Part shown: positions 1 to 7,511 of the stretch, piece by piece | How the letters are laid out: every line of letters starts with the position of its first letter | Numbering within the stretch: position 1 is the first letter of the stretch | Assembly: GCA_007117755.1 (NCBI GenBank) | Contig: SKFY01000039.1 | Coordinates: 1-39,683 of the forward strand | Direction: 5' to 3' | DNA from: Candidatus Woesearchaeota archaeon | GTDB taxonomy: Archaea; Nanobdellota; Nanobdellia; Woesearchaeales; 21-14-0-10-32-9 | DNA length: 39,683 nucleotides | Program-made: the position numbers and the translations under genes | The notes under the pieces: generated by a model | The model's input: only the letters and a program-made list of their open reading frames with translations | Told to the model about the DNA's origin: nothing | The model's database searches: none

Positions 1-30
1 AAAGAGTTAGATGAGATATTAAACCTGTAA
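1..30 (+). CDS. 3' end of an ORF entering from the left edge (possible antitoxin partner of the downstream toxin); partial
   Basis: Frame 1 is open from base 1 (..KELDEILNL) to TAA at 28-30, one base before the ATG of the RelE-like ORF. Only its position supports the antitoxin idea. Confidence 0.2.
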   Translation, partial: KELDEILNL

Positions 31-31
31 A

Positions 32-307
32 ATGTTCAATTACGACATAGAAGATCAACTGCAAAAGAAGTTAAAAGTACTCACAAGAAAAAACAAATCT
101 TTGGCTATGAATTTCAAAAAGAAACTTACAGAAGTTATACAACACGATCTGCATACAATTAACACATATAAAAATCTGAAAAGTCCTTTACACGAGTATA
201 AAAGAATCCATTTAACCAAAAATTACATTTTAATATTCAAAGTGAATTTAGAAAAAAGACACATCCTATTCATTGATATAAGTCACAGAGACAAAGTTTA
301 CAAATAA
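32..307 (+). CDS. RelE/ParE-superfamily type II toxin (mRNA interferase-like)
   Basis: 91 aa. The C-terminal pattern YKRIHLTKNYILIFKV...RHILFIDISHRDKVYK resembles the RelE/StbE/YafQ core. It is tightly coupled to an upstream ORF end. Confidence 0.6.
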   Translation: MFNYDIEDQLQKKLKVLTRKNKSLAMNFKKKLTEVIQHDLHTINTYKNLKSPLHEYKRIHLTKNYILIFKVNLEKRHILFIDISHRDKVYK

Positions 308-322
308 TAATTAATCCAAAAA

Positions 323-330
323 CTTATATA
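323..330 (+). promoter_or_regulatory. TATA-like box of gatE
   Basis: CTTATATA lies 23 nt upstream of the gatE ATG, with no SD in between. This is consistent with a leaderless transcript. Confidence 0.4.
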
Positions 331-353
331 CATATTTACTATTTCATTTACAT

Positions 354-1766
354 ATGGATTACACATCTTTAGGATTTAAAGCAGGTTTAGAAATTCACCA
401 ACAGTTAGAAGGTAAGAAATTATTCTGTAATTGCCCTACTGTTATTAAGAAAGATAAGTCCGATTATAATTTTAGAAGGGTTCTCCGAGCTAGCGCTGGA
501 GAGAGCGGAGCAGTAGATAAAGCTGCTCTTCACGAATTGAAGAAAAGTAAAGAGTTTGAGTATCACGGTTATGATGACGTTACTTGCTTGGTTGAGATGG
601 ATGAAGAGCCGCCACACAATGTTAACAATGATGCTTTAACTATTGCTTTGAAAGTTGGTAAGTTATTGAATATGAAGATTCCTGATTCTATTCAGTTCAT
701 GCGTAAAACAGTTATTGATGGTAGTAATACTAGTGGTTTTCAAAGGACTGCTTTAGTTGGTAAAGATGGTTTCATCACTGTTAAAGGCAAAAGAATAGGT
801 GTGGAGAGTCTTTGTTTGGAAGAAGAAGCTTGTCAAGTAATTAAGAGAGGTAAGGATAAGGATGTTTATAATTTATCAAGACTTGGTATTCCATTACTTG
901 AAATAGCCACTGCACCAGACATAACCAGTCCTGAGGAGTGTAAGGAAGTTGCTAGTCATATCGGTATGCTTTTAAGAAGCGTGGGTGGTATGAAGAGAGG
1001 TATAGGCACTATAAGGCAGGATGTTAATGTTTCTATTAAGAAAGGTGCTAGAACCGAGATAAAAGGTTTCCAGGATCATAAGAATATTCCTAAAGTTATT
1101 GAGAACGAAGTTAAACGCCAGTTAGATTTAATTAATAAAAATAAAAAAGTTGAGACGAGCGTTAGAAAAGCGGAACCAGATTTTACTGCTTCTTATTTGA
1201 GACCTATGCCTGGGGCTGATCGTATGTATCCAGAAACAGATGTTGACGTTATAATTCCTGAAAAAGTTGATTTTGATATTCCTGAAACTCTAGAAGAGAA
1301 AGAAAACAGAATTGTTAAAGAATACAAGATAAGTAATGACTTAGCTAAAAATTTGGTGAAGTATGAAAGTAAAACAGGTGATTCAGTTGAAGGCTTAATA
1401 AAAAAATATTCCAATAAAAACTTAAACGCAACAACAATTGTTGATACTTACTTAATACTAATACCCAGTATTGAAAAGAAACACGGCAAAATTAAAACAG
1501 ATGTTAAAGATTTGTTTGAAGAAGTGAAAAAAGGCAAGATTGCCAGTAGTGCCATACCTAAGATATTAGAAGATTCTACTAAGAAAAAAGTAAGTTTGAA
1601 AGATTATGAACAAGCTGACGAGTCAGAAATAGAAAACACTGTGAAAAATATAATCAAAAAGAATCCTTCAGCACCAACAGGAGCTTTGATGGGTATGATT
1701 ATGAAAGAACTGGGTGGCAAGGCTGATGGTAAGAAAGTTATGGAGCTTGTGAAGAATCATAAATAA
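354..1766 (+). CDS. gatE: Glu-tRNA(Gln) amidotransferase subunit E (GatE), short form
   Basis: GatE-type blocks are present: GLEIHQQL..KLFCNC, CLVEMDEEPPH, VIDGSNTSGFQRT, RLGIPLLEI, GIGTIRQDVNVS, KRQLDL, YLRPMPGADRMYPETD. The C-terminus has a YqeY/GatB-like tail (GALMGMIMKELGGKADGKKV). A TATA-like CTTATATA lies 23 nt upstream. Confidence 0.85.
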   Translation: MDYTSLGFKAGLEIHQQLEGKKLFCNCPTVIKKDKSDYNFRRVLRASAGESGAVDKAALHELKKSKEFEYHGYDDVTCLVEMDEEPPHNVNNDALTIALKVGKLLNMKIPDSIQFMRKTVIDGSNTSGFQRTALVGKDGFITVKGKRIGVESLCLEEEACQVIKRGKDKDVYNLSRLGIPLLEIATAPDITSPEECKEVASHIGMLLRSVGGMKRGIGTIRQDVNVSIKKGARTEIKGFQDHKNIPKVIENEVKRQLDLINKNKKVETSVRKAEPDFTASYLRPMPGADRMYPETDVDVIIPEKVDFDIPETLEEKENRIVKEYKISNDLAKNLVKYESKTGDSVEGLIKKYSNKNLNATTIVDTYLILIPSIEKKHGKIKTDVKDLFEEVKKGKIASSAIPKILEDSTKKKVSLKDYEQADESEIENTVKNIIKKNPSAPTGALMGMIMKELGGKADGKKVMELVKNHK

Positions 1767-1769
1767 TAA

Positions 1770-2423
1770 TTAGCTTAAAAAAAAGTTCACCAAAGATTTT
1801 ATTAAATCGTAAAAAGACATTTTTTTAGTAACAGTTTCATAATCCCTTTTTTTTATAGCTTTAAATAAGTCTTTTTCTTTACTAACAATGTAGTTATGAC
1901 CAAAATTTTCTAATTTGTGAGAATCACTAGTGGTGATTAAAGGCTTATCATATTTTTTAGCAATCTTAATAGCTTTTTTATTAAAATAATTTACAAAAAA
2001 ATGGTTAAAAAAAGATATTTCAATAGCATCAAATAAATCTATATAATCAATTAATTCTTTATTTAAAGAAGAAGGTGAAGGGTAAAAAGGATGAGGTGCT
2101 AATACGAATAATTCTTTATTAGATCTTTTTTCATCCAACAATTCTTTGAAAGTTTTTATCTCCCTACTAGGATTTAATAAAACAACGTCTTTACCTTCAA
2201 TACTAGCTTCAACACCCGGAATTAAAAAAATACCTTTAGACAAAGCATAATTTTTTAGAGCGTTATTAAAAAATATTTTTTTATGATGAGTTAAGCTTAT
2301 ATGAGTAAAACCTTTTTTTGCAGCTTCATTAATTAACATAATAGGAGAATAATCTACTATGTTTTTACCAAGTAATCCATCAATAGGATCCCTATCAGTA
2401 TGTATATGTATATCGGCTTTCAT
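1770..2423 (-). CDS. PHP-domain metal-dependent phosphoesterase
   Basis: The protein starts MKADIHIHT (HxH motif), with further THH, PGVE and TSDSH motifs typical of the PHP fold. I moved the start to the ATG at 2423 because the longer ORF-track N-terminus reads through a tRNA gene. Confidence 0.75.
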   Translation of the reverse strand: MKADIHIHTDRDPIDGLLGKNIVDYSPIMLINEAAKKGFTHISLTHHKKIFFNNALKNYALSKGIFLIPGVEASIEGKDVVLLNPSREIKTFKELLDEKRSNKELFVLAPHPFYPSPSSLNKELIDYIDLFDAIEISFFNHFFVNYFNKKAIKIAKKYDKPLITTSDSHKLENFGHNYIVSKEKDLFKAIKKRDYETVTKKMSFYDLIKSLVNFFLS

Positions 2424-2424
2424 A

Positions 2425-2514
2425 CGAACCTGGAGGGATTCGAACCCTCGACCTATTGCTAACTCCATATTAATTTAGGAGGCAATCGCGCTATCCAGAC
2501 TGCGCCACAGGTTC
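2425..2514 (-). tRNA. tRNA-Arg (anticodon CCU) with a 15-nt intron at the canonical 37/38 position
   Basis: On the reverse complement the acceptor is GAACCTG/CAGGTTC and the D arm GCGC..GCGC. The anticodon stem ATTGC/GCAAT encloses CTCCTAA plus 15 extra nt. The T arm is GAGGG-TTCGAAT-CCCTC and the discriminator is G. Intron GGAG can pair with CTCC of the anticodon loop. Confidence 0.85.
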
Positions 2515-2528
2515 AACACACAAAAAAG

Positions 2529-2545
2529 TTAAATTAAATAGTATT
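2529..2545 (-). promoter_or_regulatory. Candidate TATA box for tRNA-Arg embedded in the last codons and stop of nmd3
   Basis: The reverse complement reads TACTATTTAATTTAA, ending about 15 nt before the tRNA 5' end. The spacer leaves no other room for a promoter. Confidence 0.3.
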
Positions 2546-3473
2546 TTTCTTTTAACTTCACAACATTTTTTTTATCATTAATGTTAATATTTTTTTTATT
2601 TAAAGGATTTTTTAAAGTGATTTGTTGGTAATTATCATGAGGAATCGCTACTAAAGGATCATTTTTAATAATCAACGCTTTTTTTAAGGATAAAGGTTTT
2701 TTTTTATAATCTTCTTTTTTAAAACTTAAAGATACTTTTTTCGCATTTTCTAAATCAAAACCTTTTATTGTTTTACCCAAGCTTTTTATGAGAACAGGCT
2801 TATCAGAGTATTCTATAACGTCACCTTCTTTAAATAAAGGTAAAATTACCAAGGTATTAACCCTGAAAATTTCTTTACTAGTCATCCTGTCTTTACTAAA
2901 TAATTTAGCGTTATTCTCTATTAAGCCCCCAAAGTGATTAACAATTTTTTTAGCTATGATAACTTGTTCTTTTTTACTAGTTAAGTAAAAATCCACACTG
3001 CTTCCTTTATCAACTAATTTATTAACAAAAAAATCAGATTTATTAACATGATTTTTTACAAAGTCCTTAACTTCCATAGAAGCATTCCTTATTTGCAACA
3101 CGCCCTCGTAATATTCACTTCCCTCTTTAGCTTTCTGAGGAGAATAAGTTACTTCAACACTAATAGGTATCGTGAAATAATAATCATCTAATTTTATAGT
3201 AACAGGCAAATCTTTCTTTAAACCAGTTTTATCCAATACGTCTTTTTGTAATCCTTTTTCCAAAGAAATTTTTTTATTTAAAGAATCAGAAAGTATTTTT
3301 TGTAAAGACTCATCCAAATTATTAAAAGACACCCACTTATTTTTATAAAAAATTTTTTTGCTAGGACAAAGTTTTATTTTTACAGGCTTAAAACTTAACG
3401 AATTAACCTTACAATCATCACAAATCTTATCAGAACTTGTTTTTTTCCCACATTCAACACAAAATCTTGGCAT
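2529..3473 (-). CDS. nmd3: NMD3-family (60S export/ribosome biogenesis-like) protein
   Basis: 314 aa from MPRFCVECGKKTSSDKICDDCKV, an N-terminal CxxC...CxxC cluster typical of NMD3. The upstream 87 codons of the track ORF are hydrophobic junk overlapping the signal peptidase gene. Confidence 0.65.
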   Translation of the reverse strand: MPRFCVECGKKTSSDKICDDCKVNSLSFKPVKIKLCPSKKIFYKNKWVSFNNLDESLQKILSDSLNKKISLEKGLQKDVLDKTGLKKDLPVTIKLDDYYFTIPISVEVTYSPQKAKEGSEYYEGVLQIRNASMEVKDFVKNHVNKSDFFVNKLVDKGSSVDFYLTSKKEQVIIAKKIVNHFGGLIENNAKLFSKDRMTSKEIFRVNTLVILPLFKEGDVIEYSDKPVLIKSLGKTIKGFDLENAKKVSLSFKKEDYKKKPLSLKKALIIKNDPLVAIPHDNYQQITLKNPLNKKNININDKKNVVKLKEKYYLI

Positions 3474-3531
3474 AAAAAAACAGTATAATAAAATAATATA
3501 TAAATATAACCTGTATACCCAGTAATTAAAA

Positions 3532-4173
3532 ATGAAACAATTTTTGAAAAAAACATACGATTTCTTAGTAAAAGACGATAGTTGGCTAAGCTGGATCGTA
3601 GGCTTAGCATTAGCATACGTACTTATTAAATTCATAATATACCCAGGCATAGGCTTCGCATTCCAAACAGAATTACCAGTAGTAGCAATAGTGAGTGAGT
3701 CAATGGAACACCGAATGAACAATATTAATGACATGTATTATATGTGCGGATACAGATTTGAAGATAAAAGAAGAGTTAGTTTTGACAGGTGGTGGAATAT
3801 ATGCGGAGACTGGTACGTTAATAATACAGATATTAACAAAGACGTTTTTGAAGAGTTCAGATTTAAAAACGGCTTGAATAAAGGAGATATAATAATAGCC
3901 TTTGGAAAAAAACCAGAAGATATAAACGTGGGAGACGTTGTCATATTCGAAGCCAATAGACCAATACCCATAATACACAGAGTAGTAGCGAAAAACGAAC
4001 AAAGCCAAGAAATTATTTTTAGCACTAAAGGAGATAACAACGCGGATTACGAAACTAGTTTAGAAGAAGAAACCGTACACGAAGATAGAATCATAGGAGT
4101 TGCCAAGGCCAGGATACCCTACTTAGGTTATTTGAGAGTTTGGATGGCAGACCTAGTAAATCTTTTTAGATAG
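3532..4173 (+). CDS. Signal peptidase I, archaeal/eukaryal Sec11 type (S26B)
   Basis: An N-terminal TM segment is followed by the catalytic Ser box VSESMEH, an IIHRVV box and the TKGDNN box characteristic of Sec11/archaeal SPase I. Confidence 0.8.
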   Translation: MKQFLKKTYDFLVKDDSWLSWIVGLALAYVLIKFIIYPGIGFAFQTELPVVAIVSESMEHRMNNINDMYYMCGYRFEDKRRVSFDRWWNICGDWYVNNTDINKDVFEEFRFKNGLNKGDIIIAFGKKPEDINVGDVVIFEANRPIPIIHRVVAKNEQSQEIIFSTKGDNNADYETSLEEETVHEDRIIGVAKARIPYLGYLRVWMADLVNLFR

Positions 4174-4233
4174 TTAAGATAAATCATAATTGACGACTAA
4201 AAAAAAAAGGTTATGATAAGTTAAGAGGGAAAA

Positions 4234-4308
4234 GGGGTTGTGGTCTAGCTTGGTTATGATACGCGGCTGGGGGTCGCGTGATCGGGGGTTCAAATCCTCC
4301 CAACCCCA
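4234..4308 (+). tRNA. tRNA-Pro (anticodon GGG)
   Basis: Acceptor GGGGTTG/CAACCCC, anticodon stem CGCGG/TCGCG with loop CTGGGGG, T arm GGGGG-TTCAAAT-CCTCC, discriminator A. Confidence 0.85.
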
Positions 4309-4349
4309 TAAAAAAAAAATAATTGATTAATTTGGATATAAACAAAAAA

Positions 4350-4357
4350 TTTATATA
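4350..4357 (+). promoter_or_regulatory. TATA box of the GTPase triad operon
   Basis: TTTATATA lies 23 nt upstream of the ATG at 4381. Confidence 0.45.
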
Positions 4358-4380
4358 GGTATAACCTGGACTATATTTCT

Positions 4381-5016
4381 ATGATAAAGAGATTTAAAGA
4401 TTTCTTCAACAAGTATTTTAAAAACTTGTTCGGAAAGAAAAAAGAAGTAAAAATAGGTTTGTACGGACCACCTAACGGGGGAAAAACCACCCTGGCCAAT
4501 AGGATTTGTGAAGACTGGCTAGGTGAACAATTAGGAAATGTTTCTAGCGTAGCACACGAAACTAGAGAAGTGCAGATTAAAGAAAAAGTCGTTATTAAAT
4601 CAGGAAACAAACAAATAACTTTCAGCTTAGTAGATACACCAGGAATAGCTACTAAAATAGATTATGAAGAATTCGTAAAAGAAGGTATGAAAGAGAAAGA
4701 AGCTAAAAATAGGGCTAAAGAAGCTACTAAAGGCGTTATTGACGCAATAAAATGGTTAGATGATATGGAAACCGTAGTAGTTGTTTTAGACGCTACAAAA
4801 GATCCTTATAGTCAAGTAAATATTACTATAATGGGTAATTTAGAAGCTAGAAACATACCCGTTTTAGTAGTCGCTAATAAAGTAGATCTTAAAAAAGCCG
4901 ATTTGAAAAAGATAGAATCCGCATTCCCAAAATACGATATTGTAGGTATAAGTGCTAAGTACGGAAAAAACGTGGATAAGTTTTATGAAAAACTTATAGA
5001 GGTAGCAGGTAAATAA
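4381..5016 (+). CDS. Small P-loop GTPase
   Basis: G1 GPPNGGKT, G3 DTPG, G4 NKVD, G5 SAK. A TTTATATA box lies 23 nt upstream of the ATG. Confidence 0.8.
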   Translation: MIKRFKDFFNKYFKNLFGKKKEVKIGLYGPPNGGKTTLANRICEDWLGEQLGNVSSVAHETREVQIKEKVVIKSGNKQITFSLVDTPGIATKIDYEEFVKEGMKEKEAKNRAKEATKGVIDAIKWLDDMETVVVVLDATKDPYSQVNITIMGNLEARNIPVLVVANKVDLKKADLKKIESAFPKYDIVGISAKYGKNVDKFYEKLIEVAGK

Positions 5017-5018
5017 AG

Positions 5019-5399
5019 ATGATAACTTTACAATTCATACCATATAAAGAATTAGAAAATTTACCTAGTGAAAAAAGAATTAATAAAATACTTAGAGCAG
5101 TTAAATCAGATAAAATAGTATTGTTAGAAGGAAGTCTTGAAAGTAAAGAAGAAACTGATTTGATAAGTAGAACTATGGAACAAATAAACGAGAGTTTTAC
5201 AGGTATAGAAATAAGTGTTGTTAAAAGCGAACATTTAGAGACTAATTTTTTAGATAGAATAAGAAGTAAAATCGTCAGGCTATTAACAGGTAATAGACAT
5301 GGTTTTACCATTATAGGACCTGCAAAGATAGTGAAGGAAATAAAACAAGATCCTGGAAAGATACAGCTTCTCACAAATATTCCTTCTAATAAAAAATAA
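5019..5399 (+). CDS. Conserved archaeal hypothetical (DUF2073-like by operon context)
   Basis: 126 aa, starting 2 nt after the GTPase stop. I recall the GTPase/DUF2073/Zn-ribbon gene order from other archaea, but no diagnostic motif could be verified by eye. Confidence 0.4.
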   Translation: MITLQFIPYKELENLPSEKRINKILRAVKSDKIVLLEGSLESKEETDLISRTMEQINESFTGIEISVVKSEHLETNFLDRIRSKIVRLLTGNRHGFTIIGPAKIVKEIKQDPGKIQLLTNIPSNKK

Positions 5400-5411
5400 G
5401 GTGAATAAATA

Positions 5412-5795
5412 ATGCCCCACCAATGTGTTAAGTGCGGAGCTCTTTACGGAGACGCAAGCGAAGCTATTATTAAAGGTTGTAAGGATTGCGAATCTAAATT
5501 GTTTTTCTATGTCAAACAAGATTATTTAGATAAAGCTAAAGAACGCACTAGTAATTTGACTAAAGTAGAAAAGAATCAAATAGAAAAAGATGTTTATGAT
5601 ATAATAGGAGATGAAATAGATAAAGACATACCAGTAGTTTTAGATATTGAAAGCATAAATATAATTAAACCAGGAAAGTACGAGTTAGATTTAGTTAATC
5701 TTTTTAAGAAAAAACAACCTTTAATTTATAAGTTAGAAGATGGAAAATACGTTGTTGATATAATGGAAAGTTTTAGTAAGTTCTCAAAGAAATAA
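5412..5795 (+). CDS. Zn-ribbon protein (DUF2072-like)
   Basis: N-terminal CVKCG...CKDC four-Cys ribbon followed by a charged C-terminal domain. It is the third gene of the GTPase triad. Confidence 0.5.
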   Translation: MPHQCVKCGALYGDASEAIIKGCKDCESKLFFYVKQDYLDKAKERTSNLTKVEKNQIEKDVYDIIGDEIDKDIPVVLDIESINIIKPGKYELDLVNLFKKKQPLIYKLEDGKYVVDIMESFSKFSKK

Positions 5796-5800
5796 TTAAA

Positions 5801-6805
5801 ATGTTAAGTGAAAACGGAGTTTTTTTTGTTGGTGAAAAAAAAGAAGTTGTTAGTAAGAAATTACCTGTTTTTTATAATCCTGTTATGAAAGATAATAGGG
5901 ATTTGAGTATAAAAATTATTAATACTTTAAGAAAGGATTTGAGAATAGGCTTGCCCTTAGCAGGGTCAGGAATAAGAGGTTTGAGAATATATAAAGAGTG
6001 TTCTAATGTTAAGGAAATCGCTCTTAATGATGTTCGTAAAGATTTCAAAGAAGATTTGATAAAAAGTATAGAATATAATAATTTTAAGAAGACATTTTTT
6101 GAAATACATAATACTGAAGCTAATATTTTTTTGCATAGAGAGAAATATTTTGATTATGTAGATGTCGATCCTTTCGGTTCACCTAATAAATTTTTAGATT
6201 CGAGTATTCAATGCCTGAAAAATAATGGTGTTTTAGCAGTTACAGCTACGGATACAGGCGCTTTAGCAGGTAGTTTCCCAAAAGCATGTATGAGAAAGTA
6301 TTGGTCAAAGCCTTTAAAAAACGAGTTTATGCACGAATTTGGATTAAGGATTTTAATAAGTAAAATTCAATTAGTAGGAGCTCAACATGAAAAGTATTTA
6401 AAACCTTTAGTAGGGTATTTTAAAAATCATTATTACAGAGTTTTTTTTAAGTTGTATTCTAATAGGAATAAATCAGAAAAAGTTTTTGAAGAAAGAGCTT
6501 ATTATGAAGAACACGGACCTATTTACACAGGCAAATTAGGAGATATTGATTTTTTAAAAAAAATAGAGAAAGACGAATTTGTTGATTTGTTAAAAGAAGA
6601 GTATTCAATAAATACTATAGGTTTTTGTGATTTGCATAAAAGAGCAGAAAAACTAAAATTAAAAAAGTTACCAAAAACAAGTACTTTAATAGAAGAAATA
6701 AGAAATAAAGGATACGAAGCCTGCAGAACTCATTTTAATCCACACGGAATAAAAACTAATATGAAAGAAAAAGATTTGAACAAGCTTATCCAACAGCTCT
6801 CCTAA
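5801..6805 (+). CDS. trm1: tRNA (guanine26-N2)-dimethyltransferase Trm1
   Basis: FYNPVMKDNRDLS and DVDPFGSP motifs typical of the Trm1 family; 334 aa. Confidence 0.85.
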   Translation: MLSENGVFFVGEKKEVVSKKLPVFYNPVMKDNRDLSIKIINTLRKDLRIGLPLAGSGIRGLRIYKECSNVKEIALNDVRKDFKEDLIKSIEYNNFKKTFFEIHNTEANIFLHREKYFDYVDVDPFGSPNKFLDSSIQCLKNNGVLAVTATDTGALAGSFPKACMRKYWSKPLKNEFMHEFGLRILISKIQLVGAQHEKYLKPLVGYFKNHYYRVFFKLYSNRNKSEKVFEERAYYEEHGPIYTGKLGDIDFLKKIEKDEFVDLLKEEYSINTIGFCDLHKRAEKLKLKKLPKTSTLIEEIRNKGYEACRTHFNPHGIKTNMKEKDLNKLIQQLS

Positions 6806-7064
6806 CATCAATCACTTCTACAGAATTAACACTTTTTAAAGTCGCTAAGTCTTTTTCTAACTCTTCAGGACTTCCTAAGCTCTCATCCATTATAAAAGTT
6901 AATTTTAAAGCTTTTAAACCAAAAGCCACAGGTTCAGTCTCTGCTTTCACTTCTACTGTTTGAGAAAATTTTTCTATCTTACTAGAAGCTTCCTTTTGTA
7001 GTCCGTCTAAGTCTGTACTTGGAGACTCAGGCATTAATTTTATTGTTACTATTGCTTTTGCCAT
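6786..7064 (-). CDS. ef1b: Translation elongation factor aEF-1 beta
   Basis: 92 aa with a typical MAKAIVTIKLMPESP...GLKALKL...VEVIDVRR layout. It converges on trm1 with a 20-nt overlap. Confidence 0.8.
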   Translation of the reverse strand: MAKAIVTIKLMPESPSTDLDGLQKEASSKIEKFSQTVEVKAETEPVAFGLKALKLTFIMDESLGSPEELEKDLATLKSVNSVEVIDVRRAVG

Positions 7065-7117
7065 TTTTAAATAAGTTTTTTTTAACCTCCTTCACAAAAA
7101 AAAAATTTTTATGTATC

Positions 7118-7288
7118 TTAATTAGGACCAGTAAAGCCACATTTAGGACAAGTATATTTAGCCACTATTTGCCTTGCCTTTTTTGATCTGATTATTTCAT
7201 AATCACCGCAACCAGGGCATTTAAATGATACTGAGCCAACATTATTTGTTATTCTCTCATTAGTTGATATACATCTTTTAACTTCCAT
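7118..7288 (-). CDS. Small Zn-ribbon RNA-binding protein (COG2888-like), 56 aa; not in the ORF track
   Basis: My own translation is MEVKRCISTNERITNNVGSVSFKCPGCGDYEIIRSKKARQIVAKYTCPKCGFTGPN. It has CPGC and CPKC knuckles. It lies directly upstream of aEF-1beta, a known archaeal gene pair. TTTATAAA lies 23 nt upstream. Confidence 0.65.
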   Translation of the reverse strand: MEVKRCISTNERITNNVGSVSFKCPGCGDYEIIRSKKARQIVAKYTCPKCGFTGPN

Positions 7289-7311
7289 GGCATTGACGGA
7301 ACTAATAAATA

Positions 7312-7319
7312 TTTATAAA
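7312..7319 (-). promoter_or_regulatory. TATA box of the Zn-ribbon/aEF-1beta unit
   Basis: The palindromic TTTATAAA lies 23 nt upstream of the minus-strand ATG at 7288. Confidence 0.45.
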
Positions 7320-7342
7320 ACTATCGTTGGAAATACAAAACC

Positions 7343-7352
7343 TTTAAATAAA
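7343..7352 (+). promoter_or_regulatory. TATA box of tRNA-Ile
   Basis: TTTAAATAAA ends 26 nt before the tRNA 5' end at 7379. Confidence 0.4.
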
Positions 7353-7378
7353 TACATTAGGTCCTGAAAGTAAACTTT

Positions 7379-7455
7379 GGGTCCGTAGCTTAGCCTGGTG
7401 GAGCGCACGACTGATAATCGTGAGGTCCCGTGTTCAAATCACGGCGGACCCACCA
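7379..7455 (+). tRNA. tRNA-Ile (anticodon GAU), CCA encoded
   Basis: Acceptor GGGTCCG/CGGACCC, D arm GCTT..GAGC, anticodon stem CACGA/TCGTG with loop CTGATAA, T arm CCGTG-TTCAAAT-CACGG. ACCA follows in the DNA. Confidence 0.9.
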
Positions 7456-7483
7456 TTATACATTAAAAAAATAAAAAAAAAAG

Positions 7484-7490
7484 TTTTTTT
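7484..7490 (+). terminator. Oligo-T terminator after tRNA-Ile
   Basis: A T7 run follows an A-rich stretch, about 30 nt after the tRNA. Confidence 0.35.
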
Positions 7491-7511
7491 AATTGAGCGA
7501 GGGGATTAACT

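Noticed and set aside
420-1414. Antisense ORFs at 420-617 and 1193-1414 within gatE. Similar short antisense ORFs occur in other conserved genes (4371-4610, 4994-5374, 5283-5519, 8509-8691, 8786-8989, 9294-9491, 10467-10793, 12250-12468, 13434-13658, 14168-14425, 23411-23680, 23769-24101, 25299-25559, 26375-26569, 27711-27905, 29307-29489, 33572-33787, 34070-34255, 37462-37644).
   Set aside because: Each overlaps a better-supported gene on the opposite strand and has no motif, promoter or SD support.
2424-2468. N-terminal extension (MELAIGRGFESLQVR) of the PHP ORF in the track
   Set aside because: These codons are the antisense-frame reading of the tRNA-Arg gene body. The conserved PHP motif starts right after the internal ATG at 2423.
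3474-3734. 87-codon N-terminal extension of the NMD3 ORF, plus the 73-aa ORF at 3395-3616
   Set aside because: The extension is low-complexity and hydrophobic, and overlaps the signal peptidase gene on the other strand. NMD3 homology begins at MPRFCVECG.
3700-4040. Two ~100-aa minus-strand ORFs opposite the signal peptidase gene
   Set aside because: They are shadow ORFs produced by the T-poor sense strand. Their composition is junk-like (runs of F/Y/I/S) and they have no start context.
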